64,000 nucleotides of DNA from Phyllosticta citribraziliensis. Lineage: Eukaryota. Shown piece by piece: positions 12,810-24,509 of this stretch (within the stretch, counting starts at the first letter, position 1; each line of letters opens with the position of its first letter). Made by a program: the position numbers and the translations under genes. The stretch spans positions 1,984,001 through 2,048,000 of the forward strand of contig NW_027117345.1 of assembly GCF_038025025.1 (NCBI RefSeq), written 5' to 3'. The notes under the pieces are model-generated. The model was not told the origin of the DNA, searched no databases, and saw nothing but the letters and a program-made list of their open reading frames with translations.

Positions 12810-14449
12810 ATGATACTGGAACCCCTCCGCAATCCTCTACCAGACACGGCTTCGGAGCGTCATCACGCCAAAGACGCGATGCCGAGGGAGGGCGAGGCTG
12901 AAAAATACGACTCTGATGCAAGTGATTTCGAGAAGCAAGCGCCGCTCACATGGGATGATGATCCCCGAAATCCGTACGTTGATTTCCACAGCCATTTGAA
13001 CCCTGCTCGACTCGCTCACGCCTCCAAAGTTACAATTGGCCACATTCGAAGAAATGGCGCGTGACCGTCCTGTCTTGCTTCATCACATTCATCGTCGGCA
13101 TCAACGGGACTGCCATGACCGCGGCGGCGGACGACATCAATTCCCAATTTGGCCTGAGCGATGAACATTTCCCCAACTCTTTTTGGCCTGTCTTTTCTTG
13201 GACGCTGGCCGCCGGGATTGTGCCCTTGGCTGTCCTGCCACTTATGGAGACATTTGGAGTTCGAAAAGCCTATCTGCTGGTTTACCTGCTTTTCGTGGTG
13301 TTCATTGTTCCTCAAGCGCGGGCCCAGAACTTTGCGACTCTCATCGTCACCCGCGTAATCACTGGCGGATGCGCTGGAATTTTGGAAAATGTGACCAGCG
13401 GCATATGCGGCGACCTCTGGAGCGACGCGATTGAAAGGAGTCTGCCCATTAACTTGTATATCTTCAGTCTGCTGGCCGGCACCACAATCGGGCCTGTCAT
13501 CGGAGGAGCTATTATGACGACACTCGACTGGCGCTGGGTTTTCTACGTCCAGATCATCCTTTATGTTTCGATATTTCCTTTTGTTTTCTTTTTGCTCCCC
13601 GAAACTCGCAGAGAGATTTTGGAACATTCTCAAGATTATCAGCATTCTCGAGATGAGGAGCGTTCTCAAGATGAGCAAAAAGCTTTCTCTAACCGCACTG
13701 CCGGTCATGTCAGCCCAACGGAACTGTTCAAGACCGCCATTGCCCGCCCTCTCCGCATGCTCACCACCGAGCCGCTGGTTCTATGTGCCACTTTGTGGTC
13801 ATCCTTCTGCTTTGGCAACGCTCTCATCTTCACGCAAAGCATTCCTCTGGTCTATCGCAGCCTGTACGATTTTTCCGCTTCAGGCACTGGTCTTGTGCAA
13901 GCTGCTCTCGTCATCGGCATCGCCATCGGGTTGCTCATTTCGCCGCTCCAGGATCGCCTCTACGCTTCGAGTGGTGACAAGACCCGCCCAGACGCCCAGC
14001 AGCCCGAGGCCCGCCTGTATCTCGCCATTCCTGCGTCCTTCTTGGGCCTTGCTGGTGGTCTCTTTCTCTACGCCTTCACGACTTCTGAATCGCACCCACA
14101 GCCCTGGATCGCGCCGACCATTGGCATCGCACTCGTTGGTGTTGGCATTCAGACCGTCATGACTGCCGCTTCGCATTATGTCGAGGATGCCTACCCAACT
14201 TATGCCGCCTCTGCGATTGCGGGAGTCGCAGCAGGCGAGAATATTGTCGGTGCTTGTCTCCCGCTGGCGTCGACTGCGCTGTATACGCAGAGCGGGCTGG
14301 GCTTTGTTGGCGGAAGCGCAGTTTTGGCTGGAATCGGGTGTGGTGTCAGTTTTGTGCCGGTCGCCTTTGTGGTTTTTGGGCCATGGATCAGATCGAAAAG
14401 TCGGTTGGCAGCCACTTCGGGGCGTCAGCCTGGCGTTGGAATGGCCTGA
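12810..14449 (+). CDS. MFS transporter, DHA1 (drug:H+ antiporter) family
   Basis: WDDDPRNP|YNWPHSKKW across intron 12974-13029; about 12 hydrophobic segments; GTTIGPVIGG, LPETR, PEARL motifs. Start 12810 or 12879. Confidence 0.9.
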
Positions 14450-14904
14450 ATACATGTATCCTGGGGAAGGAACCGACACGAGAACTAAATTGACCGGCTC
14501 GATTAATGGAAGCGCTCCGGTCGTTGCTACCTTTAAGAGCACACAAATCTCACGACCCACGAACGCTTCCTTCATCCACGACAACCTACTCGTACCACCG
14601 TTCCGAAGTCTGGCGGGTGTACCTAGCTAGCTGCGCGACACAGGCTCAATTCCGAGAGGCGGGCTGAGCGCAACGGCGACGGCCACGCCTGCCCAAGTGG
14701 GAAAGGAGTTACGCAAGTAGGATATCGATGTTGCGCACGATGCCAACGTTGCGACTTGGAACGGTAAATGGCCGCCTAAGCCCCGCAAAGCGACCAAGAA
14801 GCAGAAAAAGCGAACGGACATCCGAGGGCATGGGCGGGGTGCCTTTACGATATAATGTGTCGCAACCGCTACTGCACCATACTGCACAATACCCAAACGT
14901 TTAT

Positions 14905-14987
14905 GGATTGGTGGCGTAGTGGTAACGCATGCTGTGGTTAAACATCACATCCACAGTAAGTCCTAGGTTCAAGTCCTGGCTGATCTG
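14905..14987 (+). tRNA. tRNA-like gene with atypical anticodon arm (Asn-GTT if a canonical 12-nt intron is assumed; otherwise undetermined or pseudo)
   Basis: Acceptor GGATTGG/CTGATCT, D arm GCGT-AGTGGTA-ACGC, anticodon stem TGCTG/CAGTA, T arm CTAGG-TTCAAGT-CCTGG; A box TGGCGTAGTGG and B box GGTTCAAGTCC; T-runs from 14999 as a Pol III terminator. Confidence 0.75.
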
Positions 14988-15030
14988 ACCTGTACTCCTT
15001 TTGCTCTTTTCTTTTGCCTTTCCGTTTTGC

Positions 15031-15056
15031 CTGCTGCTGCTGCTGCTGCTGCTGCT
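15031..15056 (+). repeat. (CTG)8+ microsatellite
   Basis: ctgctgctgctgctgctgctgctgct directly visible downstream of the tRNA-like gene. Confidence 0.9.
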
Positions 15057-15281
15057 AGTGGTGGCGTCGAGTGGTAGCGAGGGTCTGGGCGAACCATGGC
15101 GGGTGTCGAGGGGGGTTGAGAGGGGAGGAGGGGTCGGGGGTTCAAAAGGGCGTCAGGGGATCACAACTGGCTTCACTGGAGTCGAACAGACCGACAAGAC
15201 TGAACTGAATACGGTTTAGGCTATTGAGCCTGGCGACATTTGAATATCCAAAAGTTATATCGAGAATGGGAAATGTGATGG

Positions 15282-17420
15282 CTACTGCTCGTGGTACTTC
15301 TTGAACACATCGGCGAAGTGGAAGAAACTGGCCTTATAGTACCGCTCTTGTGTCGTGTAGTTGACGTACTGCGCATTGTCGGGTCAGCCAATACCTCCTG
15401 AAAAAAGGGGCACTCACCTGCAACCCAAACTTGACACTATTCCCACTCGTCCACTCCAGGTTATCAATCAGACTCCACGCCAACGCGCCAACGACATTCG
15501 TGCCCTCAGCAATCGCGATCAAAAGGCCCTCCATAAAGCCCTTGAAATACGCCGACCGCTGCTGGTCAAGCAGAATGTCGGGAAGCAGCGTCTTCTGCGC
15601 CTCAAACGGCTCTGCGAAGCCAAACTCGGTGACCAAGATGCCGCCACGCGGCTTCCATGTGTCCTGGATGTAGCGCATCAGCGCGGGGACCCACTCGGTC
15701 GCCTTGTGCAGCCAGGGCACGAGCGGGTCGGCCGCCGGGCCCAGTGCCCATCCGCCGCTCGCCGCCGGGTACGCCCACGTCTCGTTGACGCACTTGGGGA
15801 ACAGCGGGTGCGACGAGTTGGCGACGCAGGCGTCGGTGCCCGTGTCCGGCGCCGAGTAGAAATGCGACGTGTACGCGTCGTGGGCGAAGAGGTCGGCGCT
15901 GCCGTTCAGCGCTGCCTTTTGCTCGGCCGTCAGCTCCGGCAGGAACTTGGAGACGTACGATTTGACCGAGGTGGGATAGTCGCCGTCCAGGAAGATGGGT
16001 TTGGCCCATAGGCCCTCATTCCAGTCCCATGCCCGCTGCACCGCTTCCAAGTCGGCCGTGGAGTTGGTGAGGGGGATTTTGTAGCCACCGTTGAGTTTGA
16101 GCGTGATTTGCGCCGTGAGGTTTAGCGACTTGGCGAGATGGTACGCCTGGCTGTGGGCAATGAGGAGGTTTTGGCCGCAGTAGTATGGCTGTTGCTGCTT
16201 GGGGATGTTTGAGGCTTTGAAGTATCCTTCCGGTAGCGGATAAAAGCCGCAGACCACGGTAGGCTCATTGAACGTGATGAAGTGATCGACCTTGTCGCCG
16301 AAGCGGGTGAAAATCGTGCGGGCGTATTCAAGAAAGTCGGGGATGAACTTGGGAGACAGCAGACCCCCGTACGAGTTTTGCAACGCTAGAGGCAAATCCC
16401 AGTGGAATAGAGTAATCGCAGGCTCGACTCCGTACTCCAAACATGTGTCAATCACATCTTGGTAGTGCGCGAGGCCCTGTTCATTCACTTGGCCAGATCC
16501 AAAAGGAAAGATGCGAGCCCAAGAAATAGAAAAGGAGTAGACCTTGACTCCCATGGCGGCGATTCGTGCGATGTCTGTCGAATGTCAGAGGCGGTCGGGA
16601 GGGCTAAGAAGCGAGGCTTGATTCAAAAGTCGCAGCACACTCGAGAGTTTGGAGTTGTATTATCGTATGCTCCACCTATGCGGACCCTTCTTGAAGTTGC
16701 GGTATTCCACGATTACTTCTGAAGCCCATAGACTCTCGAATTTCCTCGCCGTCTTATTCTCGTGGGTGACGGCTTGATGCTGATATCAGATCACTCACCT
16801 TGCTTATACAAATAGTACTGATTGTTTGCAATGTCGCCGGTCTCGTTTGTCGTGATGTACCCGGGTACGCGGTGGGACAAAACATCCCAGATGGAGGGGC
16901 CTTTGCCTTCATCTTTCGCTGCGCCTTCAACCTGGTATGCAGCGCTCGACACACCGAATTTGAAGTCTTTGGGAAAGGCCCAAGATTCGTTTTTCGCCTG
17001 CAAAGGGGCCTCGTGACCAGTTGGAAACGGCGGGTAGTAAAGACCGGGAGGCGGGATGAGAGATTCCGTCGGGACCGGAGTTGCCTCTACGGTCGTATTT
17101 ATGGATGCTTGCTCGATCGGGCCGACGTAAAGGCTCCAATAGTCTTTGGATTGTACAAGAGTTAGCTACTTCGGATCTTCCCGACAAAATCCCTGCTTGG
17201 CAAGCGGGCTCTCGGAACCCTTCCCTTTAGTACAAAGGGGCAGGGGAAGTGATTGGTCGATTTCTGTGCTGTAGAATGTTTGGTTCTATAGTGAAAACTA
17301 GTGGAAAAACGACTGACCTTCAAGCGAAAGAGTGACAGATGCTGTGAAATTCTGTCCTACAGCAGTACCGACGACCGAATAGGCAGCCAGGGCCGCACAG
17401 AAGCCAGGGGACGACCTCAT
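15282..17420 (-). CDS. Glycoside hydrolase family 1 beta-glucosidase, with predicted signal peptide
   Basis: MRSSPGFCAALAAYSVVGTAVG; FPKDFKFGVSSAAYQVEGA; acid/base TFNEP; nucleophile VTEFG; WSLIDNLEW; introns 17144-17317, 16575-16798 and about 15369-15418; stop 15282. Confidence 0.93.
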
Positions 17421-18216
17421 CTTGACAAGCAGAAGCTGGGGGAAGTTCCGTCGCCGCAGCCTGCCTGCAAAAATCGCATGCGCCAGAGTCGTTCTTATAG
17501 TCTTGGAGTCTTCGTACCAAAGATACACCGACAAATCCACCACGGCTCTGAGCTCGTGATGAGCCCCGTCGGGTTACGGCCGTCAGCGTTAGGTACCCCG
17601 GGTTGCGGGGACAATGGATGTGGAGCCGTATTTGGTCAGCCATCTTTTCAACTCCGCAATCTGCATCAGTTGGTACCGGCGCGGATTCGCGGGCACGCGG
17701 GGTAAAATGTGACCGGACAGCTTCCTAAAGAGGTTGGATAGCTCGAATAGTTTCGATAACACGTTCTGTCCATCATCTTGGCATGCCAGGAACTTTGGAC
17801 ACTGCTCTAAGGACAAGGCTTGACATAAAGTTATATGCTTAGTGATTTGGCGATTTTCAGTGTTGCCGTAAAGCTCGTACAGATTTGGGGTCGAAGAGGC
17901 GGCGGAAATCGCCGAGTTCTGAATAATGATGTCAGTGGTGTTTTCTTTCGCTTACGCTTGGTTGGAAAATGACTAGTGGCTTACACGGAATTTCCGAGCA
18001 AGTCGTGAAATAGACCGACGTACCACTCTGAGGTTCGTTCAAGTGCCGGCTAGTTGAACCGAACAAAATTCAGGTGCTTGGCATAAAATGTTGGCATACT
18101 CAACACCGAATGTACGAGTACCGGGGGAATCCTCATGGACTTGAAGGATTCGAGCTTTGTCAAGAAGTCATGAATTGCCATCTGGTACTCTGCAGTCGTG
18201 ATCATTGTCGAAAATC

Positions 18217-19085
18217 CTACTTGATCTTCATGCTTTCAAGATAGAAATTCGCGACATCTGTACCCTTTTCGCCATGAGATTTGAGCCTCTCAGCGATGTC
18301 ACCGAGACCATGGACCTCCTGAATGCCTTTCGTTCCTGAAGACACCAGAGTCAAGGCTGACATGGAGCAACTTTCGGAAGCCCTTTCTTGTATAGCTTGC
18401 CAGCGCATTGTCTAATATCCGTCAGCATTCAACGAGATGGACGACAAAATCAAACATAACCCACTTTTAGCTCATCCACGAAGGACCTCACGTCGTCTGC
18501 TTCGCCCTCGACATAGACAGAGCCTGGGTATCCTGGCCGCGAGAAACCGGAGAGGCCAGATTCTCTTGACATTTGTACAATGGCACGTCGCTTACTCGTA
18601 GCGAGAAGATGATGCATCCACAAAACTACTCTCAGACCTTGCGGCTCATGCGTGTTTGGACCGTCATCGGATTGCTGCGAGGCGGATTTGAGAGCATCAT
18701 TGCTCGCAACCTTGACGTCTTCCAATGCCAGTCTCAAATCTCCAATGATCAGGTCCACGCATTCAATTCCAAGCTCTTGTTTTTGAACGATGTCTCTCAA
18801 GGCAGAACGGAGATGCCTCCTCTCATCGTTTCGGATTGCCTCGCCAAAAGAGAGAAAGACTTGCGGGAGGGATGCCTCAGGATAAGCTGTAGGCAGGACG
18901 AAAGAGAGCGTGTGAGATTCGTCGACTTGGATTTCAAACTCGATATCTTCGTCGGGCGATTGTGTGTCTCTGACCAAGGAAAACTCTTCGGGGTACATGC
19001 TCTCAAGCAGGGCGATTTCATTGTGTTGTCGTTCGCAGTTTTCCGAGGCATCCAAAATGTGGCCATCTTGCGCATGCGATGCCAT
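18217..19085 (-). CDS. RWD domain protein (RWDD2/DUF1115-like)
   Basis: EIALLESMYPEE, LPTAYP RWD motif, LWMHHLLATSKR, GFSRPGYPGSVYVEG; intron 18412-18464; last exon TMRWQAIQER. Confidence 0.85.
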
Positions 19086-19217
19086 CGCACCACGGGCTAT
19101 AATTGGAATTCACAGAAGATGCCAGTTGATCGCAGGAAGTGTAGCGGGATGAGGTCGAAAGTGGGTTTGGCGCGGATGATGACGTGGTGGGTAGGAGCTT
19201 TCCCGAATACGTCGGAA

Positions 19218-19244
19218 ACGCGTCTACCCCAATACACGACGCGT
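19218..19244. promoter_or_regulatory. Two MCB (MluI cell-cycle box, ACGCGT) elements upstream of RDH54
   Basis: ACGCGT at 19218-19223 and 19239-19244, 44-70 nt before the RDH54 ATG, within a 200-bp divergent intergenic region. Confidence 0.55.
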
Positions 19245-19287
19245 TCCTGACAACCAACGCCACGCAACTCATCCTCTTGTTGTGACC

Positions 19288-22200
19288 ATGCTCAACAACA
19301 AGCCCTTCAAATCTCCTTTGCTTTCGCGAAAACCTCCATCAGACGCGCTCGAACGTTCCCAGCCCTTAGAATCGACCGGTCCGCCCCAGAAGAAACGACG
19401 CGTCTCCGAAAACAGCCACGACCCGTCGCACGCCCAACCAAGGCCGTCGCAGACCTCGAGTACCTTTCGAAAGCCCCTGCTCTCAATCGTGAACCCTGCG
19501 GCCAAAGAACCAAATACGCCCTCAAGCGATGACGGAAACGAGGCATACTACATGGTGCTCTGGAGGAAGTTTACTACCAAAAAGAACAAGACCTGGGACG
19601 GAGACGGCGTGCTCTCTGTCAGAAATGGCTATGCGTTCCTTCAGGATATAGACGGCCGTGAAATGGGCAAGACAAACTGCAGCATGCCGCTGCTTCCTGG
19701 CTCGACGATGTCGGTTGGAGGCAAGGAGATTGAAGTCGATTCTATCGTTTCGAAGAAGGACTACCTTTCCGGCAAGCCATTTCTGAACGCTAGGCCTGCT
19801 CCGATAATCAAACCATCAGAGCCCCAAGAACGGAATGTTGAGACAAAGCCGCTCCTCAGTCTGAAAGCTCGCACCAAACAGGAAAAGGTGGAAGCCAAAC
19901 AGGTCGACAACGTGAACCTGGCCGCTGTGAGAAGCAGCCAGGCTACAAATGGAAAATTCAAGAATCCTTTGTTGGACAAGACCGGCATGCCAAAGTTGAC
20001 CAACACAGTGGTGCCTCAACCGCGACACGATCCCAGAGCTACTGGTGCCCTAGTCATGAAGAGGCCCCCATCCGCCAATGTGCCCAAGGGGAAGCAAGTG
20101 GTCGACGTTGTCGTTGATCCGATACTGTCCAAGCATCTTCGGGATCATCAGCGAGAAGGTGTCTCATTCCTCTACGATTGTGTCATGGGTATGGGTTTGA
20201 GCGGACACGGTGCTATCCTTGCCGATGAGATGGGACTCGGCAAAACTCTGCAGTCAATCACCCTGATATGGACGCTCATGAAACAGAATCCGATTCACGA
20301 GGAGCCGCCAGTGGTAAAGAAGACTCTGGTTGTCGCCCCGGCCGGAACGGTTCAGAACTGGTGCAAAGAATTTCGCAAATGGTTGGGAAGAGAGAGAATC
20401 GGCGTGTTCGTTGCCGATGATACAAAAAAACGCCTGAGAGACTTTACCAAAGGGAGGTGCTATCATGTCTGCATCATTGGCTTTGAAAAGCTGCAGAAAT
20501 GCTACCAAGAGATCAGCAAAGATTGTCAAATCGACATGATCATCATTGACGAGAGCCACAGGCTCAAGACAGCAAAGAACAAGTCATCGGCTGCCATCCG
20601 TTCGCTCAATTGTGACAGGATCGTCTCACTCTCGGGCACGCCCTTCTCGTAAGTCATATGAAGAGCTTGGTTATCATACTCATCTAACCTACAACCAAGT
20701 AACAATCTTCTGGAATTCCACGCCGTAGCCGATTTGGTGAACCCAGGTTGTCTCGGCAAGCTCTCGACGTTCAAGAGAGAGTTTGAGAATCCAATTGTGA
20801 AGGCTTCGCAGCCTGAGGCGACTGCCCATGACAGAGAGAAGGGAGCCTCCCGACAGGAGGAGCTGGACAGGTGAGTGGAAGCATTCATGCTCCGGCGCAA
20901 GGCAGACGTCCTCTTCAAGTGCTTGCCCTCTAATACGGAACACAGATTAGTGGAAGCATTCATGCTCCGACGCAAGGCAGACGTCCTCTCCAAGTACTTG
21001 CCTCCCAAGACGGAACACATCTTACTTTGTCAACCCACCAAGAACCAGGCAGAGATATACCGCTACGTCCTTGCGTCGCCGGTATTCAAGGGCGCTCTAG
21101 GCAACGGCAACGAAAACGCCTTTCAGCTCATCAATATTCTAAAGCAGGTCTGCAACGGGCCCAAACTCCTGAGCGATCCAAAATCCATTATCTCGCCAAA
21201 CGACACGCCTGAACCAGATACAAAAATCAGCACCACCCAAGCTGTCTTGGAGGCTGTCCCGGCGAAGCTCCTCAAGAATCCTGGTATAAGCGCCAAAATG
21301 CATGTGCTCGACACTCTGCTGTATCAGATCCACACGTTCACGGAAGAAAAAGTTGTCATTGTCTCGCATTATACGACCACGCTGGACATGATAGGAGCCC
21401 TTCTCGTTTCTCTCTCATATCCTTACCTACGCATCGACGGTTCAGTGGCAGCCAACAAGCGACAGGACCTGATCAATAAATTCAACAATAACGACGCCTC
21501 TTCGACCTTTGTCTTTCTGCTGTCCACTAAGGCGGGTGGCGTTGGAATCAATCTGATCGGAGCGTCTCGTCTCATTCTGTTTGACGTCGACTGGAATCCG
21601 GCGCATGAATTGCAGGCCATGGCTCGCATACACCGCGACGGACAGAAGCGACCGTGTAAGATCTATCGACTCCTGACAATGGGTGCTCTTGATGAGAAAA
21701 TCTATCAACGCCAGTTGAGCAAGCAGAGCCTGGCCGACAGCGTCATCGACAACAAGAGCGCGGGATCCAGCTTCACCAAGGAGGACCTCCGCAACCTGTT
21801 TACTCTCGACGAGAGCGGAATATGCCAGACGCACGAACTGATTGCCTGTCCTTGCGAAGGCAGAGGAAATGGTGGTGGCCTGGTCCCCTCGAGCAACACT
21901 GAGGAGCGAGCTATTCAAAGCACGGACATCGAGGACGAGGACGACGAGGATGACTTGCCTGATCTTCCCGTCTTGCTCAAGGCCAGCCAAGTCGATGTGT
22001 CGGCGCAGGAACAGGAGATCAAGATCAAGAAGAAGTCAAAGGGCGGCGACATGATGGCTTTGATGCAGTACGCGCACATTGACGCGTCTTTGTTGAAGCA
22101 GGCGCCGAAGCGGGCCGTCGCGCGACTCGAAATGGACGATGATGACGAGAACGACGACGAAGGCTCAGATGAGACCGTCGCCCAGGATGTTGTTGACTAC

Positions 22201-22290
22201 GAGGCCATGATTGACGACCAACCGTTGCTACAGGTGTTGAAAGAGAAGGACTCTTTGGTCAAGTTTGTCTTTTCCAAGACCACGTCTTGA
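19288..22290 (+). CDS. RDH54: DNA repair/recombination SNF2-family translocase Rdh54/Rad54B
   Basis: N-terminal YYMVLWRKFTTKKNKTWDGDGVL; LRDHQREGV, ILADEMGLGKT, IIDESHRLK, FLLSTKAGGVGINL, QAMARIHRDGQKR; introns 20649-20699 and 20871-20945. Confidence 0.93.
20867..21020 (+). repeat. 75-bp tandem duplication; first copy is RDH54 intron 2
   Basis: 20871-20945 vs 20946-21020 align ungapped with 65/75 identities; ACAG precedes both copies. Confidence 0.95.
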
Positions 22291-23425
22291 GCACGTGTGC
22301 TTTACATCCGCAATCCGCCTTCTCCTTTCTCTCCTTTTTGTCAACCCCACTTCGAAGCATCGTCATGTCAAGCAGCCATCGCCCCAGGGTTCCAGCATCT
22401 TTCAAAAAGGACAAGCACTGCAGAGCATGTACACGTGCAGCAACATCTCCAACGATCCAATCACGACACCTCGCTTCCACCCACGTCACTTTGCATCTTC
22501 CAACCTCTACAGCTGCGTGCCCCGTCGCATTTTTAGACCAAAATGGCATGGTGTAACAACAGGCAGAAAGCTAGTCCCTAGATTTAAGCTCGCACGCGTG
22601 GCGCAAATACATTAGGGTTGACGAGCCCTCGGGTCTCTTGCCGCGTGCCGCAATGCTTAACACTGAAGCAACAGGATACGTGCACGACTAGGTTGTTTGG
22701 ATCTATTGGATTTTTACGAGGCCCGCTTGGTCGCGTGGCTAGAGCGTTTCTCTCTCGCTGTGCACTGCCTGTCTAGTTCGGTCGCGACTCGACGCCGTAT
22801 TTTCCGCGCGGATACGAACGCGAGAGAGAGAGAGGCGGTGAAACGAATGGGTGAACGGGTGAACGGACGGAAGGGCGGTATAGTTTGGGCACGGGTGGGA
22901 TGTGGCAGCACTTAGAGATAGACGGATACGAACGAACAAAAGCAGACTAACAAGACACATACTGAGCACGCCATACGGAGTACATTAAGTTAACCGAAGA
23001 ATCGAGCAGAAAAGTCCCTTGCAGACAACAGACACGATGATGCCAGACGCAAGTGCAGTGAGTAGAATTGCTCAATCAATGCTAAGCTTCGCCACTATGT
23101 ATGTTGTATATGTACAGTACAGAGCTACTGTGCAGAGTTTGGGGGCACCCCGAGTTCCGGGTACAAGACCCTGAGCAAGCTGACGTGTGGGGCCGGGAAG
23201 ACCCTTGTCCGTGGAGCTATAAACTGCCAACACCACATATCGATTTTTTGTCCAAGATGCTGATCGACGGCAAGGACTCATTAGTCTTTGCCGCCGCTTC
23301 TATTGCATGAATCGAGTGCCAAAGCGAAAGGAGCCAACGCCACAACAACACCCCTGATGCTAGATGCAAGATGGAGAAGAGACGCAAAGGCAGAGGCAGC
23401 AGCAGTAGCGAGCAACAGCGACAAT

Positions 23426-24406
23426 TTACGAGATGAAGGTCTTGTCGGCCCAGCTGGAGTAGTCGGAGATGACGTCAGAGATGGAGACGGCGGCGCTGAG
23501 CTGCTTGGAGAAGGAGGCGCGCGAGGAGGTCGAGGCGCCGTCGCCCGTGTTGCCGTACTCGCCAAAGGAGACGCCCGAGGTCCTGGGCTCGTCGGTGTTC
23601 CACACGGACCAGCCGGCTGCGTTGATGACGTCGCTGAGCTCGCTGTTCTGGAAGACGACCTGAGCGTACTCGCCCCAGGGACGGCCGAGGTAGTACGCGC
23701 CCGACGAGACAGACTGTCCAGACGCAGCTTGCACCTTGCTCTTGTTGATGACGTAGTAGGATGCGCCGGACGACTTGGCTCCGTTGGCAGTCACGTAGCC
23801 CTTTGAGGCGGCGAGCACGCCGATGGTGCAGTCCTCGAACCAGGCAGTGGCGAGCTGGCCGAAGATGAAGTCGGTCGCGCCCTCAATGTACGACTTGGCG
23901 TAGATCTGGTTGCCCTCCTGGGCCAAGAGCGTGTCCTGGTAGCCGGTGAATTGGCAGGCGTAGAAGCCCATGTTGCCCTCGGCGTAGGCCGACAGGGCGA
24001 CGGCTTGGCTGCCCTCGCCGTGCGTGTTGGCGACGTTCACGTTGTACATGAAGAAGTTGCCGGTGTGGACGGCGAGGGTGGCAGTGCCGTCATTGTCGAG
24101 GCCGTCGTCCTGGCTTTTGGCAGCCGTGATGGTGACGGCGTTGGAGCTGTAGTCCGTCTCGCTGTCGGAGTAGCCGTAGACGGTTAGGGAACCTGAGAGC
24201 TCAGGGACGATAACCTGCTCCTTGTAATCGCCAGAGTAGATAAAGATGGTCTGGTCGGAGCTGGAGCTAGTGTCGAGAGCGTCGACGGCTTCCTGAATGG
24301 TCGAGTATTTGCCGCTCGAACCGACAGTGAGAGCACCCGAGGGAGGAGAAGTGAGTGCAAGAGCACTGCCAACCAGGGCAGATGCAATGGTGAAAAGTTT
24401 GTACAT
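23426..24406 (-). CDS. Secreted pectin methylesterase (CE8)
   Basis: Signal peptide MYKLFTIASALVGSALA; YSTIQEAV, GSQAVAL, GYQDTL, IEGATDFIFG, YLGRPW motifs; intronless. Confidence 0.96.
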   Translation of the reverse strand: MYKLFTIASALVGSALALTSPPSGALTVGSSGKYSTIQEAVDALDTSSSSDQTIFIYSGDYKEQVIVPELSGSLTVYGYSDSETDYSSNAVTITAAKSQDDGLDNDGTATLAVHTGNFFMYNVNVANTHGEGSQAVALSAYAEGNMGFYACQFTGYQDTLLAQEGNQIYAKSYIEGATDFIFGQLATAWFEDCTIGVLAASKGYVTANGAKSSGASYYVINKSKVQAASGQSVSSGAYYLGRPWGEYAQVVFQNSELSDVINAAGWSVWNTDEPRTSGVSFGEYGNTGDGASTSSRASFSKQLSAAVSISDVISDYSSWADKTFIS

Positions 24407-24509
24407 GATTGAAAATCAACGATTGACTGAATAGTAGCTTAAAAGACGGGTGTTGTGTAGGCGGGCGAGGGGTCTCCTGTCGAGAGAGCAGGGGACGGGG
24501 ACGTTTTGG

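Noticed and set aside
18033..18064. Inverted repeat GTTCGTTCAA..TTGAACCGAAC
   Set aside because: Short imperfect hairpin with no cloverleaf or A box; compatible with chance.
20875..20945. ORF track reads the duplicated segment as coding (MEAFMLRRKADVLFKCLPSNTEHR)
   Set aside because: An in-frame TGA at 20872-20874 separates it from the upstream exon, and it carries donor, branch and acceptor signals, so it is best read as an intron.
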